Assembly: GCA_002719295.1 (NCBI GenBank)
Contig: PBHC01000012.1
Span: 133,212-197,211, forward strand
Length of the DNA stretch: 64,000 nt
From: Chloroflexota bacterium
GTDB taxonomy: Bacteria > Chloroflexota > Dehalococcoidia > Lucifugimonadales > Lucifugimonadaceae
Direction: 5' to 3'
Part shown: positions 30,213 through 39,818 of the stretch, in pieces
Layout of the letters: each line of letters begins with the position of its first letter
How positions within the stretch are numbered: the first letter of the stretch is position 1
The notes under the pieces: generated by a model
Database searches by the model: none
Seen by the model: only the letters and a program-made list of their open reading frames with translations
Told to the model about the DNA's origin: nothing
Made by a program: the position numbers and the translations under genes

Positions 30213-31653
30213 ATTTTTTTATAATTTCTCTGCTTACAATTTTTGAAGACATAACAACTATTGGAGTCCCACCACCAGGATGGACCCCCCCTCCAACATA
30301 ATATAAGCCTTCTATTTTTCTATCCTTATTTGGCTGTCTAATAATACTTCCTAGTATTCCGTGGGAAACTTTACCATATATAGATCCATAAGGTGCTGCA
30401 AATCTTTTTTCAAAATCGTTAGGTGTTATTATTTCCATAAATTTAGAATTATCAATTATTTTTTCTAAATTATGTTTTTTTAAGGTATTTCTTATTTTGG
30501 AAACTGCATTTGTTATTTCCTTTTCCCCCCATATTTCTTTTGTTGCATGGGTATTACACATCAAAAAGATACTTTCTGAATTTTTTGGAGCTAAGGTGTT
30601 ATCAGTTTTTGTTGGGCAGTTTATATAGACTGTTGGATCAGATGGAAACTTTTTTTTATTAAATATTTCTTCAAATTCTTTTTTATAATTTTTAGAAAAA
30701 ATAACATTATGATGACGTATTTCTGGAATTTGCTCATTTAATCCAACTAGAATAACAAAACCAGACATAGACAAAGAATCTTCTTTTATTTCAAATTTGT
30801 TATTTATCATGGTTTTAGTTATTAATGGATCAACGTTACTAACGATAATATCGCAATTGATTTTTTCTCCATTACTCAAAGTTACAGATTGCACTTTTTT
30901 CTTATTATTGTTTATTTTAGAAACCTTTAAATCTTTTATTATTTTAATATTTTTCGAAATTAATATTTTTTCTATTTTTTCAATTAATTTATATAAACCT
31001 CCTGAAATATACCATGCTCCATAACTCAACTCCATATATGGAATAATAGACAAGATTCCAGATGATTTGTACGGAGATGACCCAACATATGTTGGGTATC
31101 TATTGAAAATTTTCCTTATTTTTTCATCAGAAAATTGATCTTCAATATAATTATTATATTTTTTAAAAAATAATTTAAAAGGACTTGCTAATAATAATAA
31201 TAAATTTGAAAATTTTGGTTTTGAAAAAAGTCCTTCTTTGAAAAACGTTTTTTCTGAAAGATGAAATAACTTTGAACCTTTTAGTATAAGTTCATAGAAT
31301 TTTTTTATTTCATTATTGAATACTTTTTCTAAATCACTTAGATCAGATGAATATTCGATTTTTTCTTTTTCAAACATATATAAAAAAAGAGGATTTATTT
31401 TTTTTAGATTTAAATGATCATATATATTTTCACCGCATTCCTTAAATAAATCTTCAAATATATGAGGCAAAGTTATTAATGAAGGTCCTGTATCAAAAGT
31501 AAAACCATCTTTTTTGAAGATATTCATTTTTCCTCCTAAATTAGAGTTTTTTTCAATGATTGTAATATCAAATTCACTTTTAGATAAATTTATAGCAGTT
31601 GCTAAACCACCCAAGCCTCCACCTATTATTATGATTTTTTTACGATTTTTCAT
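30205..31653 (-). CDS. CrtI-family carotenoid desaturase/oxidase (second copy)
   Basis: GGGLGGL, FDTGPS, TYVGSSPY, GSIYG, HPGGGTP. Confidence 0.85.
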   Translation of the reverse strand: MKNRKKIIIIGGGLGGLATAINLSKSEFDITIIEKNSNLGGKMNIFKKDGFTFDTGPSLITLPHIFEDLFKECGENIYDHLNLKKINPLFLYMFEKEKIEYSSDLSDLEKVFNNEIKKFYELILKGSKLFHLSEKTFFKEGLFSKPKFSNLLLLLASPFKLFFKKYNNYIEDQFSDEKIRKIFNRYPTYVGSSPYKSSGILSIIPYMELSYGAWYISGGLYKLIEKIEKILISKNIKIIKDLKVSKINNNKKKVQSVTLSNGEKINCDIIVSNVDPLITKTMINNKFEIKEDSLSMSGFVILVGLNEQIPEIRHHNVIFSKNYKKEFEEIFNKKKFPSDPTVYINCPTKTDNTLAPKNSESIFLMCNTHATKEIWGEKEITNAVSKIRNTLKKHNLEKIIDNSKFMEIITPNDFEKRFAAPYGSIYGKVSHGILGSIIRQPNKDRKIEGLYYVGGGVHPGGGTPIVVMSSKIVSREIIKKYA

Positions 31654-32752
31654 ATGTTCTGTCTTTCCAATCTAACCCTTTCCCAAATTTCATATTTTTC
31701 CATGAACTTATACCTAGTAGGAACATTGTCAATATTCCAAAAGGATGTGTAAAAATAGATAAAAAATTATACTTGAATTTTATGTTTATTAGAATTATGG
31801 GAATAAAATTTATAGATAGTAAAATGGCAGACAAATTTTCATGGAAATTTAGAATAATTGATGATGTGTAAATTATGGGAGCAATAAAATAACTTATTAT
31901 AAAAATTGATTGAAAAAAGAAAAATGATGAATCTTTACTAAAGCCAGGATAGTAATTTTTCTTGAAACCATTCCATATTGATTTAAAAGAATCGTACATT
32001 TTTACAGAAATTATTTTTGATCCGTTTATACAGTAAGTATTCTCTCCTTTTTGTCTGAAAATTCTAGCTAATCTTGTATCTTCAAAAAGATCATTTTTTA
32101 CTAAATCGTGACCACCTAATTTGAAATAAGTTTCCTTTTTGAATAGTATACAAGCTCCATGAGCTAGGCCTAAATTATCAGAGTTACTTTTTTTTGATAT
32201 AAGCATTGGACACGTTGTAAAAACAATAAAGTTTAGCAATGGCATAAATATTTTTTCTACAATAGATTGCATTTCAATTTTTGGCCATGCAGATACCATT
32301 GTAAGTTTATTTTCTTTAGAATAATCAATTAGTTGACTTAGTTCCTGTTTAATAATAGTGTCGGCATCAATAAATAAAATCCATTCTGAAGAAGACTGCT
32401 TTGCAAGCTGATAACATGCAAAAGATTTTCCTGTCCATCCTTTTTCTAATTTATTAGTTTTTGCTAGTTTTACTTTTCTATTTGTTTGTATTATTTTTTT
32501 TATCTCTTCGCTTGTTGAATCAGTAGAGTGATCGTCATAAACTAGTATTTCGTTAAAATTTTTGTTTGTAGAAATTATTGAATCAATACAATTTTTTATA
32601 TTTTTTTCTTCATTTCTTGCAGGAATCAGAATAGATAAATTTTTACTATGACTTTTTATCGAACCAAATTGAACCCAAGAAAGGTTGGAGGATACTATTA
32701 ATATCGAATATAAAACAAAAAAGCTTAAAATTATGTAAATAATTTCAATCAT
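31640..32752 (-). CDS. carotenoid glycosyltransferase, GT2 (CrtQ/CruC-like)
   Basis: IPARNEE, DDHSTD, GWTGK..AC, FIDAD, FED, WKDR. Confidence 0.85.
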   Translation of the reverse strand: MIEIIYIILSFFVLYSILIVSSNLSWVQFGSIKSHSKNLSILIPARNEEKNIKNCIDSIISTNKNFNEILVYDDHSTDSTSEEIKKIIQTNRKVKLAKTNKLEKGWTGKSFACYQLAKQSSSEWILFIDADTIIKQELSQLIDYSKENKLTMVSAWPKIEMQSIVEKIFMPLLNFIVFTTCPMLISKKSNSDNLGLAHGACILFKKETYFKLGGHDLVKNDLFEDTRLARIFRQKGENTYCINGSKIISVKMYDSFKSIWNGFKKNYYPGFSKDSSFFFFQSIFIISYFIAPIIYTSSIILNFHENLSAILLSINFIPIILINIKFKYNFLSIFTHPFGILTMFLLGISSWKNMKFGKGLDWKDRTYEKS

Positions 32753-34245
32753 ATCTCTAAATCTTCTAAAATTTTTTCTTTTGTCATTTTTGAGCTAAGC
32801 ACACACATTGGAACTCCTGTTCCAGGAGTTGTTGACGCTCCAACAAAATATAAATTTTTTATTTCTTTTGATTTGTTTGGATTTCTAAAGGGACCTATTT
32901 GATTGAAGTTATGAGAAGGGCCAAAAGCAGATCCGTCAAATAATCCATATTCGTTTTTCCAATCTTTTGGGGTAAATATTTTTTCGTAAACTATATCATC
33001 ATTTTTTATATCTATATTATTTTCTTTAAACCTTTTAAAAACTAATTCTTTTAACTCTTTTGCTTTTTTTGCACCATGTTTACCTTTGAATTTTGAAATA
33101 GTTGGGCATGGTATTAGGACAAATATTGAAGATTGCCCTTTAGGTGCAAGTTTTGGATCTGTTTTTGATGGGATTGATATATAAAACGGAAGATCACTTG
33201 GAATCTTATTTTCAGTAAATAATTCATTGAAAGTTTTTTTGAAATCATCAGGTAAAAAAATAGTATGGTGGGTTAATGAATCTACTGTTTTATTAAGCCC
33301 CCAGTAGTAGGTGTATACTGATGGAGTCATTTTATTTTTATTTATATTTAGGCCTATTAATTCCTTGTATGTTGTTTCAGAATCAACATTTGAAATTATC
33401 AAGTCTGCGTATTTTATTTCTTTATCAACTAATACCCCTATAGCCTTGCCATTTTCTATGATAATTTTTTCTATTTTCGAAGATGTATTGATTTTTACTT
33501 TAGAATCTAGATTTAATTTTTCAATCCCTTTAACAAGGCCGTACATTCCTCCTTTTGGCATCCATAATCCATACTGTAATTCACCATAAGGAAGAATACT
33601 GAAAAACCCAGGAAGCTTATACGGAGAATCTCCTAGATACATACTGTATGAACTAAAAGCTTCTATTATTTTTTCTTCTACAAAAAATTTCTTTATTTCA
33701 CTATACATATTGTTGGTTAAGCCCAACTTAAGTAGATTTTTAAAACCTGCGTTTAATAGCCAACTGAAAACATTAGAAGAATTTTTAGTAACAATATTCT
33801 TAAATGCTAAATCATATTTTTTTTGTGAACTTTTGAAAAAATTTATTATCCCTAATCTGTCTTTTTTTGAAAATTTACTTATTTCATCAGATAAAATGTT
33901 TAGATCAGAGCTTAGCTGCAAATTACTTTGATCTCTCCATAAAAAATTTACTGCAGGGTCAACTTTAATTAATTTAACATAGTCATAAAAATTTTTACCT
34001 AAACTAGAAAAATAATCTTCATAAACCCATGGATAATTTAACAAAGAAGGTCCTGTGTCAAAAGTGAAACCCTCTTCTGAAATTATATTAGCTCTACCCC
34101 CGACACTTTTTTGTGATTCATAAATTTCTACATTGAAATTTTCTTTTGAAAGTAAAGGAGCGATAGAAAGTCCTCCTATCCCTGCTCCTATAATGATTAC
34201 TTTTTTAGGGTTATTTTTCATATATAAAGTAATATTAACTTCCAT
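32749..34245 (-). CDS. crtI: phytoene desaturase (CrtI/CrtN family)
   Basis: GAGIGGL, FDTGPS, MYLG.SPY, GSAFG, TPGTGVP. Confidence 0.88.
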   Translation of the reverse strand: MEVNITLYMKNNPKKVIIIGAGIGGLSIAPLLSKENFNVEIYESQKSVGGRANIISEEGFTFDTGPSLLNYPWVYEDYFSSLGKNFYDYVKLIKVDPAVNFLWRDQSNLQLSSDLNILSDEISKFSKKDRLGIINFFKSSQKKYDLAFKNIVTKNSSNVFSWLLNAGFKNLLKLGLTNNMYSEIKKFFVEEKIIEAFSSYSMYLGDSPYKLPGFFSILPYGELQYGLWMPKGGMYGLVKGIEKLNLDSKVKINTSSKIEKIIIENGKAIGVLVDKEIKYADLIISNVDSETTYKELIGLNINKNKMTPSVYTYYWGLNKTVDSLTHHTIFLPDDFKKTFNELFTENKIPSDLPFYISIPSKTDPKLAPKGQSSIFVLIPCPTISKFKGKHGAKKAKELKELVFKRFKENNIDIKNDDIVYEKIFTPKDWKNEYGLFDGSAFGPSHNFNQIGPFRNPNKSKEIKNLYFVGASTTPGTGVPMCVLSSKMTKEKILEDLEI

Positions 34246-35228
34246 AATTTTTTGAAAGGTAAAAATGATAATTTTTCTTTTAACGTCAGGCTATAACGAT
34301 GATCTGCGTCCATTTCTTTTTCTAAAATCTTAGAATTTAATTTCCTATATAATTTTAGGCAACTCTTGATTGCAATTTGGCTATCAGGAGAAAAGTTTTT
34401 CATCCCTTTCTCAGCTTTTTGATACCATTTTTCAGCTTCTTGAGCTAATATTTTTCTGGCTTCTATAACGTATATTGGAAGATCAGAAATTGTTTTAGGT
34501 TTTTCCAGCAAGTTTTTGGGAGTATAAAATCTACCTCTAAAATAATCTTCATAAACATCTCTTGCAAAGTTTGTAAGTTGCAATGCTATACCCAAATCTC
34601 TTGAAGGCTCTAGCAAGTCATTCACAGTTTTGTTTTGATTCGGCCCATAAATATAAGCTAAAAAATAACCAACTACTATTGCTGAACCATATATATATTT
34701 GTCTATTAGCGTATTCATGTCTGAATATTCATAAACATCTATATCTTTTCTCATCGCATCAATAAATGAAAGATAGTATTCATCAGGAATATTTTTTTCA
34801 ATTGCAGCCATTCTGTATGCTGAGATAATTATAGGAATTTCATTAGATGTTAGTTCTTTTATATTGGAGTATTTTTTAGATTCTTGAAATTTATTTTCCC
34901 ATTCATCAAGCATTGAATTTTTTTCTTCTGAAGTCATTTCAAAAGTATCTACTATTTCATCAGGGAATCGAACTGAAGCATAGATGATTTCTACCAAATC
35001 TCTTTTTTGCTTGGGGAGAAATCTTGTAACGGTAAAAAAACTATTGCTGTAGTTTTTTAGGATATTTTTTCCTAAATCTTTACATACCTTGTAAGCTTCT
35101 TCATCGTTTTTAGAAGATGTGATTTTCTGCAATGAAGCTTCTTCTAATTTATTCCATTGATTTAATTGCCATAAATTTTCATCAGAAGAATACTTGTAAA
35201 GATTATTATCTTTTTTTTTCCTTGCCAT
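34218..35228 (-). CDS. crtB: phytoene/squalene synthase
   Basis: YSNSF, R.PDEIVD, LGIALQLTNFARDVYED, GRFY. Confidence 0.88.
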   Translation of the reverse strand: MARKKKDNNLYKYSSDENLWQLNQWNKLEEASLQKITSSKNDEEAYKVCKDLGKNILKNYSNSFFTVTRFLPKQKRDLVEIIYASVRFPDEIVDTFEMTSEEKNSMLDEWENKFQESKKYSNIKELTSNEIPIIISAYRMAAIEKNIPDEYYLSFIDAMRKDIDVYEYSDMNTLIDKYIYGSAIVVGYFLAYIYGPNQNKTVNDLLEPSRDLGIALQLTNFARDVYEDYFRGRFYTPKNLLEKPKTISDLPIYVIEARKILAQEAEKWYQKAEKGMKNFSPDSQIAIKSCLKLYRKLNSKILEKEMDADHRYSLTLKEKLSFLPFKKLWKLILLYI

Positions 35229-35320
35229 AACTTAATTCTAATCTAATTTTTTTTTCTTCACACAATATTAATAATCAGAGTTTACAATTATTATAACTAT
35301 TAGTATTTAAAAGGTATTTT

Positions 35321-37249
35321 ATGAAAAAAATAGCTATATTTATATTTCTACTATTTATTTTTTCTTGTTCTGATAATTCAGAAGAATCTATCAATAATAA
35401 TTTAATTGAAGATAATACTTCCATACAATTAGAAAATGATAAAGCTGAAGAAAAAATAAATCAGAAAGACCCTAAAGATTATAATAAAAATACACCTTCG
35501 CCCTCAGATCATAATAATCAAACTTCAGAGACTAAAGAAATATATGATAAATCCTCTGTTATTTCGGTAGATTTCGGCCCTGAATCTGGAAATTATATTA
35601 GAGCAAATTATAGAGTAAAGGAACAATTGGCTAGGCTGCCTTCTCCAATTGAAGCTATCGGATACACAGATTCTATAACAGGAGGGATTTATATTGATGC
35701 ACAAGGGGTTCCAAATAAAAACTCAATTATTAATATTGATTTATCTACACTAAAAAGTGATGAATCACGAAGAGATAATTATTTGAGAGGTAGCTCTTTA
35801 GAAACAGATAAATTTCCTAAGGCTGTATTTGAAATAAGAGAAATCGCAGGGTTTGATTTAAGTTCTCTGATTACTTTACAAAAAAATGATTTTCAGATGC
35901 AATTGATAGGTGATCTTACTATTCATGGGGTTACAAAAAGAAAAACATGGAATATTGATGCTACGTATGAATTGGGAAAACTAAAAGGTAAAGCTTCTCT
36001 TTCATTTCCATTTAGCGATTTTGATATGGATATTCCTAAACTTTTCTTTATTATTAGCGTTGAGGATAAAATTACACTAGAATTAGACTTTGATGTTTTA
36101 TTAAGCTTAGACTCTACAATAGATCTTACTTCTAAATCAGTTCCTCAGTTTATTTCAGAGCAAATAGGTGCAAATAAACCAAATTCCTTATATACGAATG
36201 CTTGGCTATGCGCAGATGATAAAACTGTTTTAGTTGATGATCTTTCAACACAAATAGAGGAAACATGGAAATGCTATGTAGATATAGAACTATCCGATGA
36301 TTCTGTCGTAGTTACTAGCACAGGTATCCCAAATCATGATTTTCAATCTGGATTAGGCTGTTGTGCAGAAGAAGTAAATTATCAATGGATTATTCCGACA
36401 AATCCTCAGATCAATGAAACTATTACCATGGCTCCTGATAGAGGAGCTGTGGCTATTACCGTAACGGGAGTCCCAATATTTGGCCCTGAAGAAGGACCTG
36501 GGGGTGATGCTGTTGCATTGCACTTTGATTATTTTGAAGAGGACAGGCAACCTATAGAAATTGGTGTGTGCGGAGGACATTCTGCTGGAGCTTATTTTCA
36601 TTATCATTTTGATGCCAATTGTATGCATTGGCACCCTGAGGGGACAGGCTTAGATTGGGAAGATTGGGATTATAGGACCTCCTTAGATACTAGCGAACAC
36701 TCTCCTATAATAGGATTTGCTTTTGATGGATTCCCCATTTATGGTCCTTATGGCTGGGATTCTTATAAAAATGTTATAGAAATCACGTCAAGCTATAGAT
36801 TGAAAAAAGATTCTAATGGATATGGAGGTATAGATGATTGGGAATATATTGAAGGATTAGGAGATACGGATGAATGCAATGGGATTTCAAGTCCTACCCC
36901 AGAAGTTCCGGACGGGATTTATCATTACGTTAGCTCCATAAGAAATGGAGAAGGAGAAATTGGATTTCCTTATTTTTTACTTTGCTATCATGGAATTCCA
37001 GAACAATCTAATTTTGATAAAGGAGGAACACAGCAAGGACCTCCACTCAGAAATCAAATGCAAGGAAATCCAAATAGAAGAAGCCAATCTCCTGACTTTA
37101 CTGAAGCAGCATCTAAATTAGGAATTTCTCAGAAAGAGCTATTATCTGCATTAGGAGGCCCGCCGCCTGACTTAGAAAAAGCTGCAGAAGTACTTGGTGT
37201 ATCAATTGATGAACTAAGAGAAATCATCCCTCTTCCGCCTAGAAGGTAA
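35321..37249 (+). CDS. lipoprotein with YceI domain and YHYH domain
   Basis: Lipobox IFSC; YceI motifs Y.VKE, LKSD..RRD..LR, FP.A.F, GDLTIHGVT; YHYH motifs GIPNH, FHYH, GFAFDGFPIYGPYG, DECNG, YHY. Confidence 0.8.
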   Translation: MKKIAIFIFLLFIFSCSDNSEESINNNLIEDNTSIQLENDKAEEKINQKDPKDYNKNTPSPSDHNNQTSETKEIYDKSSVISVDFGPESGNYIRANYRVKEQLARLPSPIEAIGYTDSITGGIYIDAQGVPNKNSIINIDLSTLKSDESRRDNYLRGSSLETDKFPKAVFEIREIAGFDLSSLITLQKNDFQMQLIGDLTIHGVTKRKTWNIDATYELGKLKGKASLSFPFSDFDMDIPKLFFIISVEDKITLELDFDVLLSLDSTIDLTSKSVPQFISEQIGANKPNSLYTNAWLCADDKTVLVDDLSTQIEETWKCYVDIELSDDSVVVTSTGIPNHDFQSGLGCCAEEVNYQWIIPTNPQINETITMAPDRGAVAITVTGVPIFGPEEGPGGDAVALHFDYFEEDRQPIEIGVCGGHSAGAYFHYHFDANCMHWHPEGTGLDWEDWDYRTSLDTSEHSPIIGFAFDGFPIYGPYGWDSYKNVIEITSSYRLKKDSNGYGGIDDWEYIEGLGDTDECNGISSPTPEVPDGIYHYVSSIRNGEGEIGFPYFLLCYHGIPEQSNFDKGGTQQGPPLRNQMQGNPNRRSQSPDFTEAASKLGISQKELLSALGGPPPDLEKAAEVLGVSIDELREIIPLPPRR

Positions 37250-37293
37250 CAAATAAAAGAGATTTTTTTTAATAAATCTTGTAATTAATTCTG

Positions 37294-37323
37294 TTGACTT
37301 AATTAGAACACTTGTTCTAAAAT
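37294..37323 (+). promoter_or_regulatory. sigma70 promoter
   Basis: TTGACT (37294-37299), 18 nt, TAAAAT (37318-37323); RBS AAGGAG at 37341. Confidence 0.75.
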
Positions 37324-37336
37324 GAACATATGTTCT
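37305..37336. promoter_or_regulatory. two tandem LexA (SOS) boxes
   Basis: AGAAC-ACTT-GTTCT (37305-37318) and TGAAC-ATAT-GTTCT (37323-37336); same motif lies upstream of recA. Confidence 0.85.
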
Positions 37337-37353
37337 AATTAAGGAGTTTATTA

Positions 37354-37875
37354 ATGACAACGAAATTTTCAGAAAATGTTTTCAGTAATACTGAAGAAAC
37401 TAAATTATTAACAGATAATAATTTGATAAGATCTATAGCCTCAAGCATAATCAATAAAAAAGAATGTCAATATGATGTAGGAGTTGAATGTTTTTATTGC
37501 TGGCACGAAGCAATGAATGATTTAAGAATATGGACATTAGTTAAGAACAATCATGAATATTCTAAGTGCGCTGTATTTAGTTCTTTGATAATAGAATGCT
37601 TGTATCCAGCTGTATTAAAGATGATTAATAAAGTCAATGAATTTAATAATTTTGATTTTCTTTTTTCAAAAAACCATAATGAAATATCATATGATAAATC
37701 AAAGTATGTTTTTTCTAATAAATTGGATCATTCTGATAAATTTTTGATAGCAGAAAATATTGATCTATATGGTCAAAACTTAGATTCAATAAATGCTTTA
37801 GTGAAAATAAATGTTCTTAAAAACAGGTACTCTCAAGAATATTTTTATGTTTCTAATAATTGTAATCATATTTAG
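37354..37875 (+). CDS. hypothetical Cys-rich protein, predicted SOS-regulated
   Basis: Strong promoter and RBS; C-x7-C-x2-C-W-H cluster. Confidence 0.75.
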   Translation: MTTKFSENVFSNTEETKLLTDNNLIRSIASSIINKKECQYDVGVECFYCWHEAMNDLRIWTLVKNNHEYSKCAVFSSLIIECLYPAVLKMINKVNEFNNFDFLFSKNHNEISYDKSKYVFSNKLDHSDKFLIAENIDLYGQNLDSINALVKINVLKNRYSQEYFYVSNNCNHI

Positions 37876-37885
37876 GAGTGCTGTA

Positions 37886-38224
37886 ATGACAATGATTGAA
37901 AATAATAATTCAGCTTCTAAAGATTTTTTTCTTGATGATGGCTGTGAATATTCAAAAAGTTGCTTAGAATGCCCTTTGACTCTTTGTAAATATGATGATC
38001 CTATCTTGGATAATTCTAAATCAAAAAATAATAGAAATATTATTATTGCTAATATGAAAAAAAGCAATATGACAAATAAAGATATAGCCGAAACATTGAA
38101 TATTTCTACTAGAACTGTTCATCGAGTTTTGAGCCAAGAAAATATTATTAGTCAAAAATTTGTACTAGACCTCAAGAATCAAAATATAATCAAAAAAACT
38201 CATTTGATTAGTATGAGGAACTAA
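37886..38224 (+). CDS. 4-Cys motif plus helix-turn-helix protein
   Basis: GCEYSKSCLECPLTLC; MTNKDIAETLNISTRTVHRVL HTH; AGGAG at 37874 favours start at 37886 over 37811. Confidence 0.8.
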   Translation: MTMIENNNSASKDFFLDDGCEYSKSCLECPLTLCKYDDPILDNSKSKNNRNIIIANMKKSNMTNKDIAETLNISTRTVHRVLSQENIISQKFVLDLKNQNIIKKTHLISMRN

Positions 38225-38227
38225 GTC

Positions 38228-38360
38228 AAATCTCTTCTTTGGATAAAGGTTTCTAAGAAAAGTTGTGTTCAAGATTTTACTCCCCAAAAAACATAAAGTT
38301 TTTGAAACTACAGGTTTTCTATATAAACTACCTCGAACGCTTTATTTAAAGAAGAGATTT
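38228..38360 (+). ncRNA. candidate structured RNA, long rod-like hairpin with central bubble (6S-like)
   Basis: 21-bp closing stem (13 perfect plus 8 with two G-U), internal bubble, second irregular stem, 14-nt loop. Confidence 0.5.
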
Positions 38361-38370
38361 TAATGTAAAA

Positions 38371-39018
38371 TCAATTTCCTACAAGAAGCATTGATCTTTC
38401 TGCAATATTTACGCCTCTATCAGCAATTCTTTCCAGGTTATGAGCAACCCATAGTAGATATGTTGCTCTTTCTATCTCAAGGGGTTTATTCTTCATTAGT
38501 TGAATCAACCTGCCTCTAACATCAGAATTTAACTTATCAATAACGTCGTCCTGTTTTTTTATCTTATTAAATCTAGTTTTTACTTCCTTGGGGTCTTTTA
38601 TTAAGAATGTTTCAGTACTCATTCGTAATATTTCAACTGTATTTATACTCATCTGAGGAATAATTACTAGATCTGTTGGAAGTGGCCTTACTCCCATTTT
38701 TATTGTTAGAACAGCTATTCCTTCAGCATAATCTCCAATTCTCTCTAATTCCTCAATAACATACATACAAGAAACTATTTCACGTAAATCTGATGCTAAA
38801 GGTGCTTGCCTTCTTAAAATTCCCATACATAGCTCTTCTAGGTCATCACACATTTTATCTATAACATCATCACCCTTTATTACATCTTTAGCCAATTCCA
38901 TATTTTGTTCTAGTAAAGAATTTATGGATTTTTCAATTGATGATTCAACTGTGGATGCCATTATTTTAATTTCAGTTTCTAATCTTTCAAGTTCCTGATC
39001 AAACTCTACTCTTGCCAT
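38371..39018 (-). CDS. phoU: phosphate signalling protein PhoU
   Basis: DDVID, QAPLASDLR, LERIGD, LERIAD repeats. Confidence 0.95.
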   Translation of the reverse strand: MARVEFDQELERLETEIKIMASTVESSIEKSINSLLEQNMELAKDVIKGDDVIDKMCDDLEELCMGILRRQAPLASDLREIVSCMYVIEELERIGDYAEGIAVLTIKMGVRPLPTDLVIIPQMSINTVEILRMSTETFLIKDPKEVKTRFNKIKKQDDVIDKLNSDVRGRLIQLMKNKPLEIERATYLLWVAHNLERIADRGVNIAERSMLLVGN

Positions 39019-39818
39019 TATCCTATCCTTCCAGTCACATAGTCTTCTGTTCTTTTATCTTTTGGATTTCCAAAAACTGAGTCATTTGTACCATACTCTA
39101 TTAGTTCTCCAATTCTTTCTTGCCCAGCCATCATAACAGCAGCATAATCACAAATTCTTGTAGCTTGTTGCATGTTATGGGTTACTATTACAATAGTTAC
39201 ATTTGTGGATAATTCTTTAATTAAGTCTTCTAATTTTGAAGTAGATACAGGGTCTAGAGCAGAAGCAGGTTCATCCATCAAAATTATGTCTGGATTGACT
39301 GCGAGTGCTCTTGCTATACATAATCTTTGTTGTTGTCCTCCAGATAACTCTAATCCATTATCATCAAGCCTGTCCTTTACTTCTTCCCACAATGCCGCTT
39401 TCTGTAAGGATGTCTCTACTATGCTTTCTATTTCATTATTCTTAAATCCATTTATTTTAGGCCCAAATGCTACATTTTCAAAAATGCTTTTAGGGAACGG
39501 ATTTGGTTTTTGGAATACCATACCAATTTTGAATCTTATATATGTTGGATCTGATTTAGGAGAGTAAATCGATGTTTCGTTATACTTAACATCCCCTTCA
39601 ACTTTGGCAGTTGGGATTAAGTCGTTCATTCGGTTAAAACAGCGAATCAAGGTACTTTTACCACATCCAGAAGGTCCTATTAAGGCTACGATTTTATTTC
39701 TAGGGACATTAAAAGATACTTTATCTACAGCTTTAGTTTTTCCATAATAGACTGATAGGTCTTCAGTTGTTAAGATCGCCTCATTCTGATCAATTGTGTC
39801 TATGTGCTCTTTTCCCAT
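39018..39818 (-). CDS. pstB: phosphate ABC transporter ATPase
   Basis: [42 protein letters not shown]. Confidence 0.96.
   Translation of the reverse strand: MGKEHIDTIDQNEAILTTEDLSVYYGKTKAVDKVSFNVPRNKIVALIGPSGCGKSTLIRCFNRMNDLIPTAKVEGDVKYNETSIYSPKSDPTYIRFKIGMVFQKPNPFPKSIFENVAFGPKINGFKNNEIESIVETSLQKAALWEEVKDRLDDNGLELSGGQQQRLCIARALAVNPDIILMDEPASALDPVSTSKLEDLIKELSTNVTIVIVTHNMQQATRICDYAAVMMAGQERIGELIEYGTNDSVFGNPKDKRTEDYVTGRIG

Noticed and set aside
37811..37885. Longer start giving the HTH protein an N-terminal hydrophobic segment
   Set aside because: Overlaps the upstream gene by 65 nt; the RBS supports ATG at 37886
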